Origin: an uncultured bacterium
Lineage (GTDB): Bacteria; Margulisbacteria; WOR-1; CAVSGV01
Direction of reading: 5' to 3'
Assembly: GCA_963699255.1 (NCBI GenBank)
Contig: OY969425.1
Coordinates: 390,001-422,000 of the forward strand
Length of the DNA: 32,000 nucleotides
Shown in pieces: positions 17,998 through 26,408 of the stretch (position 1 is the first letter of the stretch; every line of letters starts with the position of its first letter). Made by a program: the position numbers and the translations under genes. The notes under the pieces are model-generated. The model ran no database searches, was not told where the DNA came from, and was given only the letters and a program-made list of their open reading frames with translations.

Positions 17998-19419
17998 TTA
18001 CTTTTTCCTTGCAAAATCCGCAAGCAGCAATCCCGCGGTAGGCGCTATCCCCAGCAAGACCCGGTCGAATGAAAGCTCCAGGTTATCCATTAGACGTGCC
18101 GGAGTATTGCCAAGAGCGGTGACCATATACACGCAAAAATATCCCACGATCGAAAGGATCACGAACATGAAGAGGTATCCGGCGTTGGAACGAGACATGG
18201 TTTTCCAGTTCAAAATGATCAATACCGCCGAAAAGATCCAAAAATACATCCATTGATAAGTATCAAGGAACAGCTCGTACAGATAGAACTTGAATATGAT
18301 AGGGATGCGTCTCAGGCTGTCAGAGATGTTCAGGAGTTGAGATGCCGAAACTATCATGTGGTTCTCGATCTTGTGCGAGACCACCCACATTTTAAAAGGG
18401 AGAAAAACCACGGCGGCGATCACGGCAAAGATAAAAAACAGCATTACCGCTTTATCTAAAGCAAGCTTCTTCGCGGCGATGGACATAACTATCGCGGCTG
18501 TAAAAGTCAGAGCCATTGCAAGCAAGAGAAGGATTCCGTCATTTTTTGTATTGGCGGCGGCGCCGATGAACAGGGCGGAAATGCACAGAAAATTCACGGA
18601 ACTTTTATTTTCCAGCCATCTATAAAAGAATGTCATGGCGAATAGAACGTAAAAACCCATGCTGACATCCACATAACCGGTCGTTATGTCGCCGATCACG
18701 TGTGGGACCGTGAACACAATGAAAGTGATGGCCATATATGATACCTTATCGAGTTTGAAGATCTGCTTTAGTGAAAAGTAGAAGAATGTTGCGGCCGCGA
18801 CATACTGCAAAGTGAACAGGGTCTTGGTATATGTGTCTATCCATTTCCCAATGCAAAGGCTCATCCATGCTATGTTGGAAGATATGAGCAGGGGATAATC
18901 CAACGCGGAATAATAATAGATATTATCGGTAAGAATATTAAGGGGGATGGTTCTCGCGGAAAAAAGCGCCTTTGCCTTGAAGAACCAGTGGATGTAAGCG
19001 TCGCCCAGATATACGGGCATTATCAGATTCTCGACCGTGATGACGGCTATGACAAGCGCAAAAAAGGCGCAGATCAAGATGAAAAGTCGGTTTTCCCGCA
19101 ACTTTGCCTCATTTGCCAGCCCGGAAAAATAGGCCGCCGCAGCCCGGGCATGCGCGGCAAAGGTCCCATATCTTGCACAGAAATAATAGATCAAATACAA
19201 GAAGAACGGTGAACCGATGGATAAAACCGAATAATTGACGTGTGCTAGAAATAACGCGAACATATAAGCACTTATCACGGCTGAACCGGCCATGAAATAA
19301 ACGGGGAGTTTGATCCCTGGATGCTGGTCCCTGATCGAGATATATTTTATCTCGAACAACAGCCTGCCGGCCGAAAGGATGACCAATAATGAGATCACTG
19401 TGCCCCAAAATCCACCCAT
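17998..19419 (-). CDS. Polytopic membrane protein, probable GT-C/GT39-like glycosyltransferase
   Basis: Many TM helices; YLGDAYIHWFFKAKALF...YSALDYPLLISSNIAWMSLCIG and AAANTKNDGILLLLAMA resemble GT39-like membrane proteins. Confidence 0.6.
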   Translation of the reverse strand: MGGFWGTVISLLVILSAGRLLFEIKYISIRDQHPGIKLPVYFMAGSAVISAYMFALFLAHVNYSVLSIGSPFFLYLIYYFCARYGTFAAHARAAAAYFSGLANEAKLRENRLFILICAFFALVIAVITVENLIMPVYLGDAYIHWFFKAKALFSARTIPLNILTDNIYYYSALDYPLLISSNIAWMSLCIGKWIDTYTKTLFTLQYVAAATFFYFSLKQIFKLDKVSYMAITFIVFTVPHVIGDITTGYVDVSMGFYVLFAMTFFYRWLENKSSVNFLCISALFIGAAANTKNDGILLLLAMALTFTAAIVMSIAAKKLALDKAVMLFFIFAVIAAVVFLPFKMWVVSHKIENHMIVSASQLLNISDSLRRIPIIFKFYLYELFLDTYQWMYFWIFSAVLIILNWKTMSRSNAGYLFMFVILSIVGYFCVYMVTALGNTPARLMDNLELSFDRVLLGIAPTAGLLLADFARKK

Positions 19420-20024
19420 CAGAACAACCCTTTCCGCAATTTGATCCCATACATTGAATTGAACGGGGCCTTGAATGTTCCTGCCAGGGAGGGGAAATGC
19501 TCAAGCAAATAGCGTTTTTCAACCAGAAGCGTCTTGTCGTCAAGGGCGGAGACCGCGAAATATGGTCTGTGATTCAGCACAGCGTATTTGATCCCGAAAG
19601 GATTCTTGAACGGCACACTCTCTTTTTTTAATGCAAGGACGAATTCAGGATAGATCATCTTGCTCAGCAAAGAGCTGCCTTTTTTGTGGTATGCATAAAG
19701 GTCCACGCCGTTAAGCAGAAGGTGCCGCGGATAAAAATAATAATGCATTTTTCTTAAATAGCGTGTGTATATCTCCTTGCTCGCGTCATCATAAAGGATC
19801 GAAAAAGATCTGTTCTTCGGCAGGAGCTGGTCCAGCCAGGCGTAATATTTATAATACACGTTCCTGTAGAACGGACCGTCCAGGAAGTCGACCTTCTGGC
19901 CGTAAGATAACGGGAAAAGATCGAGGATCACTTTGGTTTCCCTGAACACGAATTGCAGCGCGCCGATAAGATATATTATCAACATGAAGTACAGTATTTT
20001 CATTGAAATGCCGTTTTCTTTCAT
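19419..20024 (-). CDS. Small membrane-anchored hypothetical protein, translationally coupled to the GT-C-like gene
   Basis: Single N-terminal hydrophobic segment (ILYFMLIIYLIGALQFVF) and soluble remainder. Start and stop overlap with neighbours by 1-4 nt. Confidence 0.7.
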   Translation of the reverse strand: MKENGISMKILYFMLIIYLIGALQFVFRETKVILDLFPLSYGQKVDFLDGPFYRNVYYKYYAWLDQLLPKNRSFSILYDDASKEIYTRYLRKMHYYFYPRHLLLNGVDLYAYHKKGSSLLSKMIYPEFVLALKKESVPFKNPFGIKYAVLNHRPYFAVSALDDKTLLVEKRYLLEHFPSLAGTFKAPFNSMYGIKLRKGLF

Positions 20025-20947
20025 CCAAGCTCCTCGAAAATATCCCTGTCCTTGACCTTTGCGATCCGCTTCGCCAATGATCTTTTCGCGATTATAGAAG
20101 GAAGTTTCCCTATGGCCTCAAAAAACGCTGCGATCCGCGCCCAATCATAAAACAGGCTTAACAATAAGTTCATGGGGAGCAATAATAAATGTGTGAACAT
20201 CAATTTAAGGTCCGTGATGTTCTTCCATGTGAATATGAAAGAATTGCGTCTCGAAATGATCCTTCTGCCCCGTATCTTTTTCTTTTCCCGGTCAAAGGTG
20301 TAGCTTTCCTGATGAAAGATCACGCTTTTGGGCTCATAAATGAATTTATATCCTGCTTTCCATGCCCTGTATCCCATATCGGCATCTTCCCAGAGATAAG
20401 GCGCGTAAATATCATCGAATCCGCCCAGTTCAAGCAGCTTTTTCCTGTCATAGGCGCTGTTCGCTTCGTAGAAAGTATAGCCGGGTTTCTCCATGACCGG
20501 ATCTTCTCCATAAAAAGGCCCTGAATACATGAGGCCGAACCGGAATTCGATCCTGTTCTTGCCGCCTTCATGCGTTTTCCCGCTGAAACTGAGCTGTTTC
20601 GGGGCGACGGCAAAAACACCGGGAGATGAGAAGCGGGAGATGAGAGGCGAGATAAAATCAGCAGCAACTCTCACATCATTATTGAGCAGGATGACTATGT
20701 CGCTGTCCAGCTGAGGGATCAGGTCGTTATACGAAAAAAGCACTTTGTTCTTATCTGAAACCACTATCTTGACTTGAGGAAAATTCCTGCGGAGATATTC
20801 GACGCTGTTATCGGTGCTCCTGTTGTCCATGACTATAACATGGCAGGGGAGGGGCGACCTTTTTGCCGCCTCAACTATCGACGGAAGGCACTGCGGAAGT
20901 ATCTCCGCGCCGTTATAGTTCAATATGATGATATCTATTTTGTTCAT
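20021..20947 (-). CDS. Glycosyltransferase family 2
   Basis: IDIIILNYNGAEILPQCLPSI, VMDNRSTDNSV, LDSDIVILLNNDVRV, YLWEDADMGYRAWKAGYK. Confidence 0.9.
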   Translation of the reverse strand: MNKIDIIILNYNGAEILPQCLPSIVEAAKRSPLPCHVIVMDNRSTDNSVEYLRRNFPQVKIVVSDKNKVLFSYNDLIPQLDSDIVILLNNDVRVAADFISPLISRFSSPGVFAVAPKQLSFSGKTHEGGKNRIEFRFGLMYSGPFYGEDPVMEKPGYTFYEANSAYDRKKLLELGGFDDIYAPYLWEDADMGYRAWKAGYKFIYEPKSVIFHQESYTFDREKKKIRGRRIISRRNSFIFTWKNITDLKLMFTHLLLLPMNLLLSLFYDWARIAAFFEAIGKLPSIIAKRSLAKRIAKVKDRDIFEELG

Positions 20948-22128
20948 TTCAGTAATTTATCGTAAAGAGCTTCGATCTCGTTCGCCACCCTGTCCCAGGA
21001 AAATTTATCTTCCATATATTTTCTTGCGGCTTCTCCGAGTCTCCGGCGATCCTGCGGAGATTCGATGAGGCTTATTATTTTTTGAGCGATCTCTTCCGGA
21101 TCTTCCGGCTTATTCACAAGGAGGCCGGTCTGGCCGTCCTTTATAATTTCAGGGATCCCGCCCCGTTTGCTCCCGATCACTGCCAGCCCGGTAGCCGATG
21201 CCTCCGCAAAGACAAGGCCGAAAGCCTCATCCCAAAGCGATGTCCCGCAAAAAATATCTCCGAGAAGGTAAATGTCGCTTGCTTCCGTCTGAGGGATGAA
21301 GCCCGTAAATACGACCTTACTCCCCAGAGAGGCCGCGCTCTCCTTCAATTGCTTCGCATATTTATCTTTTGCTTCAAGATTGTCCTTGTCTCCGCCCGCT
21401 ATAACAAGCCTGGCTTCAGGATGCTTCGCCGCGACCAACTTGAAAGCATCAATAAGGAAATGGATCCCTTTTCTTTCCCTTAATGCTCCGGAAAAAAGGA
21501 CCACTTTCGATCCTTCGAGACCATATTTTTTCCTTAAGGAGAAAGCCTTTTCCTGTTGCTCCCAAATGGGCCTGAACTTGTCCAGGTTCACGCCGTTCAG
21601 TATCACATAGGCCTTGTCTTTGTAGCGGGGATATCTTTCTGTGATCTCAAAATTATATGTGAACCTGCTGACCGCGACGTAAGCGTCAATGGACGCAAGG
21701 ACTTCGTTGGCTTCCTGCGGGGATAAGGTATCGGCTATGTTCTGGTTGTGTTCATGAAGGATCAGCTTCACTTTATTGCCGAGCATGGATCGCAGAAAAG
21801 GCATATAAAGAGGCCTGTTCCTTACGTGTACTATCTTAATGCCCAGTTTGTTTATGATCTGCGAGGCTTTATACGCGTAGTAGTGATACGGAGATTTCAG
21901 CGCGTAAAAAGGGAACAGGAATTTATCAAGGGGCTCGGCTTTTATCCTGTATTGCCAGACCCCGTCAAGCAATTCTTCCTCGGGTCTTTCTTTCATATAG
22001 GATGAAAAGACGTACGGCGCATACTTTTTGAACCTTTTTGTGACCTCTTCAACGCCTGTTTGAATGGCTCCCTGGCGCGGGTGCGGATGATATGAGCCTT
22101 CCGGCAATAAGGTTGCAGCTGGGATCAT
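20944..22128 (-). CDS. Glycosyltransferase family 4
   Basis: KVVLFSGALRERKGIHFLIDAFKLVAAKHPEARLVIAG ... FGLVFAEASATGLAVIGSKRGGIPEIIKDGQTGLLVNKPEDPE. Confidence 0.93.
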   Translation of the reverse strand: MIPAATLLPEGSYHPHPRQGAIQTGVEEVTKRFKKYAPYVFSSYMKERPEEELLDGVWQYRIKAEPLDKFLFPFYALKSPYHYYAYKASQIINKLGIKIVHVRNRPLYMPFLRSMLGNKVKLILHEHNQNIADTLSPQEANEVLASIDAYVAVSRFTYNFEITERYPRYKDKAYVILNGVNLDKFRPIWEQQEKAFSLRKKYGLEGSKVVLFSGALRERKGIHFLIDAFKLVAAKHPEARLVIAGGDKDNLEAKDKYAKQLKESAASLGSKVVFTGFIPQTEASDIYLLGDIFCGTSLWDEAFGLVFAEASATGLAVIGSKRGGIPEIIKDGQTGLLVNKPEDPEEIAQKIISLIESPQDRRRLGEAARKYMEDKFSWDRVANEIEALYDKLLK

Positions 22129-23297
22129 TTTCGCCCGGAGAAAACTTCTTTTACCGTTCTTGCGATGTAGCGGATCTCTTTTTCAGAAAGGGATGAGGAA
22201 GAGGGAAGATATAAGCCGTTCGTACAAAGGTATTCCGCGTTCGGGAAGCTTCCTTTGAACCAGCCTTTAAATACGGGTTGCAGATGCATAGGTATAAAGA
22301 AAGTTCTTGTCTCGATACCTCTTGCCGCAAGTTCGTATCTCAGGGTGTCCCTTGTTACTTTGCTCCAGTTCTTCAGCAGTATGCCGTACATCCAGTAAAC
22401 ATTTTTGATGCCGGGTGTGGAAGGGGGAAGCTGTATCTCATCGATATCTTTAAGCAGTGAATTGTAGAACATGGCGTGCTTTATCCTGGCTGCTGCTAGC
22501 TTCTCGATGTTTTCGGTCTGGGCAAGGCCTATCGCTGCCTGGATGTTCGTCATCCTGTAGTTGAAGCCCAGAAGCTTGTGCCAGAAATGTCTCTCATGGG
22601 AGAACGCATGGTTCTTCATTAGCTGCATTTTCTCGGCGAGTTTCCTGTCATTCGTTGTAACCATGCCGCCTTCTCCGCACGTAATGATCTTGTTCGCATA
22701 AAAACTGAAACTGGCGGCATGGCCTATCGAGCCTATCTTTCTTCCCTTATATACAGCTCCATGAGCTTCAGCGGCATCCTCGATCACATAAAGGCCATGC
22801 TTTTTCGCTATGCGCATTATCTTGTCCATGTCGCATGGATGGCCGTATGTATGGACCGGCATGATGGCCCTGGTCTTTTTTGTGATCTTGCTTTCTATCT
22901 GATCCGGGTCCATATTCCAGGTCTTCAGTTCCGAATCAACAAGCACGGGGTTTGCTCCGGTATAACGGACCGCATTTGCCGTGGCGATCATCGTATGGGT
23001 AGGGATGATCACTTCATCGCCGGGCCCTATATCAAGCGCCGCTACGGCCAGATGAAGGGCGGTGGTGCCGTTGTTCGCGGTAACGCCGTACCTTGCGCCC
23101 ATTTTCTTTGCGAAAAGGGATTCGAACTTGTGGATATATTCGCCCTGTGAAGATATCCAGTTGGTGTCCATACATCGTTTGACATATTTTTTTTCATTGC
23201 CCATCTGGGTAGGTTCGCATACGTGGATGTCCATTCCCTTGAAAGTTTTCAGCTGTGGTTCAGGCAGCGGCAGGAGCGTTTTCGGTTTGTTAATCAT
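22125..23297 (-). CDS. DegT/DnrJ/EryC1-family aminotransferase, perosamine-synthase-like
   Basis: GVTANNGTTALHLAVAALDIGPGDEVIIPTHTMIATANAV, VHTYGHPCDMDKI, PLP-lysine region FSFYANKIITCGEGGMV. Confidence 0.9.
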   Translation of the reverse strand: MINKPKTLLPLPEPQLKTFKGMDIHVCEPTQMGNEKKYVKRCMDTNWISSQGEYIHKFESLFAKKMGARYGVTANNGTTALHLAVAALDIGPGDEVIIPTHTMIATANAVRYTGANPVLVDSELKTWNMDPDQIESKITKKTRAIMPVHTYGHPCDMDKIMRIAKKHGLYVIEDAAEAHGAVYKGRKIGSIGHAASFSFYANKIITCGEGGMVTTNDRKLAEKMQLMKNHAFSHERHFWHKLLGFNYRMTNIQAAIGLAQTENIEKLAAARIKHAMFYNSLLKDIDEIQLPPSTPGIKNVYWMYGILLKNWSKVTRDTLRYELAARGIETRTFFIPMHLQPVFKGWFKGSFPNAEYLCTNGLYLPSSSSLSEKEIRYIARTVKEVFSGRK

Positions 23298-24342
23298 CTA
23301 TCTCGACCCTGCGGTGCGGATCCTTTTTGTCGATCCACACATCCTTCTCCGATGATATTTTTCTCTCCCAAAGCCAGACCCGACCGTGGGACTCAAAATC
23401 ATCTATCGTGCTTTTCAGGCCGTCTTCAAATGAGACGGTCGGCTTCCATCCTGTCAGCTTGCGCATCTTGGAGAAATTACAGTTCAGAATGGACACGTCC
23501 AACGGCCTTAATCTGGCCTTATCAATTTCGATCTTTATTTTATCATGCCCCATAAGACGGCCGATTATCTCCGCCATCTGCTTTACGCTCCAGTCCTTTC
23601 CTGTTCCCATATTGAAGACCTGGCCCTCGGTTCCTTTGGCTTTCATAAGGGCTATCGCTCCTCTTGCCGCATCCTCGACGAACGTGAAATCACGCCTTGC
23701 TTTGATATTTCCAAGTTTTAGTTTATTGCTCCTGCTCAATTGAGAAATCAGCTCGGGGATTATGTACGGCTGGGTTTCTCGGGGGCCGAAAACATTGAAC
23801 TGCCTCAGTATGACCACGGGGATATTCTGTTCGTGGTGGAGTGTGTAGCACAACCTGTCCGTGGCAAGTTTGCTGACCGCATAGGTGGAAAGCGGAAGGG
23901 TGGGATGGTCTTCGTCCATGGGCACGTATTTTGCCGACCCGTAAACTTCGGAAGTTGAATATTGGATGATCTTCTTTACCCCCACATGTTTGCTTGCAAA
24001 AAGGACGTTAAGGGCTCCGTTCGCGTTAACCTCAAAGAACCGGAGGGGGCGGTTGTAGCAGTGCGGTATATACGGTTCCGCGGCAAGATTGAACACATAT
24101 TCCGCGCCGCTCTTCTCAAGTATGCTGCGGAAGTTCTTGCCTGTAATGTCGCCTCTTATGACCTTGATCCTGTCCTCCAGGCCCTTAAGGTTCTGCATGT
24201 CGCCCGAGCTGAAAACATCAAAAACAATGACCTTTGCGCCTTCCTTTGCCAGTTCACGCACAAGGGTTGAACCGATGAAGCCGGCGCCCCCGGTAACCAT
24301 TACTTTCTTTCCTCTTAGGTCATGTTCTTTCATGTTTTTCAA
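23290..24342 (-). CDS. Extended SDR NAD-dependent nucleotide-sugar epimerase/dehydratase
   Basis: VMVTGGAGFIGSTLVRELA, STSEVYGSAKYVPMDEDHP, catalytic YAVSK, RQFNVFGPRE, RDFTFVEDAARG. Confidence 0.92.
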   Translation of the reverse strand: MKNMKEHDLRGKKVMVTGGAGFIGSTLVRELAKEGAKVIVFDVFSSGDMQNLKGLEDRIKVIRGDITGKNFRSILEKSGAEYVFNLAAEPYIPHCYNRPLRFFEVNANGALNVLFASKHVGVKKIIQYSTSEVYGSAKYVPMDEDHPTLPLSTYAVSKLATDRLCYTLHHEQNIPVVILRQFNVFGPRETQPYIIPELISQLSRSNKLKLGNIKARRDFTFVEDAARGAIALMKAKGTEGQVFNMGTGKDWSVKQMAEIIGRLMGHDKIKIEIDKARLRPLDVSILNCNFSKMRKLTGWKPTVSFEDGLKSTIDDFESHGRVWLWERKISSEKDVWIDKKDPHRRVEIDD

Positions 24343-25438
24343 TCAGTTCCTTATAGATATTCTCAAGTTTTGCTGTCTGGGTTCTTGAGTCCAGTTTTTC
24401 CACCATTTCTCTCCCCATTATACCAAATTTCTGTATTAAGTCAGGGTTTTCTATGAGTAGATTCATCTTTTGGCTCAGATCGTCGGCATCGCGCTCTCTG
24501 GCAACAAATCCCGTTTTTCCGTCAAATATCAGGTCGCTTTGGGTCTGTCGCGTTACGAGGGCCGGCATACCCGAAGCCAGGGCCTCAATAACAGTGACAT
24601 TAATGCCTCCCTCAGCATCGCCGCTTTTTGCGACTACGCTGGGAGAAATAAATACATGGGCTTTATCCAGTTCGGCTGAGATGTCAGGCACGTATCCGAG
24701 CATCTTTATCTTTGATGTCATTCCGAGCTTTTTAATTTCGGTGTCGATTTCGCTATACAACGGCCCGTCGCCTATGATGGTCATCCTTATGTTGCTGTGT
24801 TTTTGACAGCTTTTCGCAAATGCCCTTATGCCGTATATCACGCCTTTTTTTTCGACAAGCCTGCCTATGTAAAGGAAGTTTATCTCATCTCCGGGCGTTC
24901 TTTTCTTGAATTTGAACTTGTTCAGGTCTATTCCCACGGTAAAAGTGATCACTTTTTCAGGAGGGCATCCCAGCTCGATCGCGCGCTGTCTCATGACGCT
25001 CGAGTAACCGGTGAAAAGGTCGCCGCGCTTGAACAATCGTTTCAGCTGCATCCGATACAGCGGGTTTTTCGTGAGCTGATATATATCTAGCCCGTAGAAG
25101 CTCGTGATTATGGGGATGTTAAAATATTTCTTGAACTGCAGCGCGTAGTTGCCCATGTATGCGAAATGCGCGTGGATCAGTTTGATATCAAGTTCCTTTA
25201 TCAATTTGCGAAAATAATCTGACCTTCCAAAGATACTTCTAATTGATTCTCCTTTTTGCCTTAAATAGGGGAGAGAGGAGACCGAATACAGGTTCTTGAC
25301 GGGGAATTTATCGGTATTCTTGTTCGTTGTAAGGGTGAATACCACCGGCTCAAATACCTTCATGTTCCTTATCTGCTCGTAGATGAACGTCTCGGAGAAA
25401 TTAAGATATTTTACCGTAAGATGGGCTATCTTTTTCAT
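24320..25438 (-). CDS. Glycosyltransferase family 4
   Basis: INFLYIGRLVEKKGVIYGIRAFA ... EGGINVTVIEALASGMPALVTRQTQSDLIFDGKTGFVARERDADDL. Confidence 0.92.
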   Translation of the reverse strand: MKKIAHLTVKYLNFSETFIYEQIRNMKVFEPVVFTLTTNKNTDKFPVKNLYSVSSLPYLRQKGESIRSIFGRSDYFRKLIKELDIKLIHAHFAYMGNYALQFKKYFNIPIITSFYGLDIYQLTKNPLYRMQLKRLFKRGDLFTGYSSVMRQRAIELGCPPEKVITFTVGIDLNKFKFKKRTPGDEINFLYIGRLVEKKGVIYGIRAFAKSCQKHSNIRMTIIGDGPLYSEIDTEIKKLGMTSKIKMLGYVPDISAELDKAHVFISPSVVAKSGDAEGGINVTVIEALASGMPALVTRQTQSDLIFDGKTGFVARERDADDLSQKMNLLIENPDLIQKFGIMGREMVEKLDSRTQTAKLENIYKELIEKHERT

Positions 25439-26211
25439 TTAGTGCCCTTGGCGACGATCTGTATTCCGAACTGATCGGAGAACCAATTGTTCGTTGGCTT
25501 ATCAACAAGGAACGCCGTCAATTTGATGAACTGCGTTATTATCGGGCCGAGGATCGGAAGATATCCCTCGATCCTTTGCATGCCGTAACTGGGATATACG
25601 CCGTATACTTCGATGTTCTTCAATCCCGCTTTCGTAAAAAGTTTTTTCAAGCTCTCGTGGGTATATGATCTCTCGGGGTAGTGTTCATACTTTTTCCCTC
25701 TGACCGTTTTGTAGATCGTATGGGGCAGGCATTTCAGGTTCACTACTGATGAAAAAACAAGGCCGCCGGGTTTTGTTACCCTGACCATTTCTTTGAGGCC
25801 GGAAATGTCGCTGGGGATGTGCTGCAACACCCCTTCGCAAACCGCGACATCAAAGTGGTTGTTAGAAAATCCAAGTTTGTTGATATCCATCGGTTTGAAA
25901 AGCGTATTTTCTATTTTCTTTTTTGATCTCCCCTTGTTACACAGGTCTATTGAATCACTGGAGATATCGGTGCCGATGATCTTTGCCTTTGGAAATGTTC
26001 GTGCTAGAGCAAAGCATATCCGGCCTGTACCGCAGCCGGTTTCAATTATTGTTTTAACATCAGGTGGTATGTGCCTCATCATGAATCTTATTATTGCTCT
26101 CGTGACAGGGTCGAGGTTGGAATGCGATCGTTTATCGTTCTTGAACTTTTCCCATTTCCTATCCCATAAGGTTTTCATGTGTTCCAATGATTTTATAATA
26201 ATCGTGACCAT
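25435..26211 (-). CDS. Class I SAM-dependent methyltransferase
   Basis: TIIETGCGTGRICFALARTFPKAKIIGTDIS ... FDVAVCEGVLQHIPSDISGLKEMVRVTKPGGLVF. The true start may be the internal Met at HMKTLW. Confidence 0.88.
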   Translation of the reverse strand: MVTIIIKSLEHMKTLWDRKWEKFKNDKRSHSNLDPVTRAIIRFMMRHIPPDVKTIIETGCGTGRICFALARTFPKAKIIGTDISSDSIDLCNKGRSKKKIENTLFKPMDINKLGFSNNHFDVAVCEGVLQHIPSDISGLKEMVRVTKPGGLVFSSVVNLKCLPHTIYKTVRGKKYEHYPERSYTHESLKKLFTKAGLKNIEVYGVYPSYGMQRIEGYLPILGPIITQFIKLTAFLVDKPTNNWFSDQFGIQIVAKGTK

Positions 26212-26245
26212 TATGAAAGAGGGAATTCACGCAAGTATTCAAAGT

Positions 26246-26279
26246 TAAGGAACCTGAGAGTAAAACTCTCGGTTCCTTA
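26246..26279 (-). repeat. REP-like hairpin, copy 3
   Basis: Reverse complement TAAGGAACC GAGAG TTTTA CTCTC A GGTTCCTTA: 14-bp stem with a single bulged A. Confidence 0.85.
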
Positions 26280-26302
26280 TAAATAATATTTCCTGATAAG
26301 AA

Positions 26303-26332
26303 AGGAACCGCGACTTTCAGTCGCAGGTTCCT
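26303..26332 (+). repeat. REP-like hairpin, copy 4
   Basis: AGGAACC GCGAC TTTCA GTCGC A GGTTCCT: 12-bp stem with a single bulged A. Confidence 0.85.
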
Positions 26333-26408
26333 GGTAGACTGAATAATTGCTAATTCACGCCTTGACGGCTTTATCATTGTTCGGATAAAATGATTTAATG
26401 GAGGGAAA

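Noticed and set aside
19109-19543. 144-aa plus-strand ORF opposite the polytopic membrane protein
   Set aside because: Antisense to two tightly coupled genes, no recognisable motif.
26246-26332. Reading the hairpins as simple rho-independent terminators
   Set aside because: No clear U-tract follows the stems, the right pair lies between divergent genes where no terminator is needed, and the shared bulged A and covariation point to a repeated family. A secondary regulatory role is not excluded.
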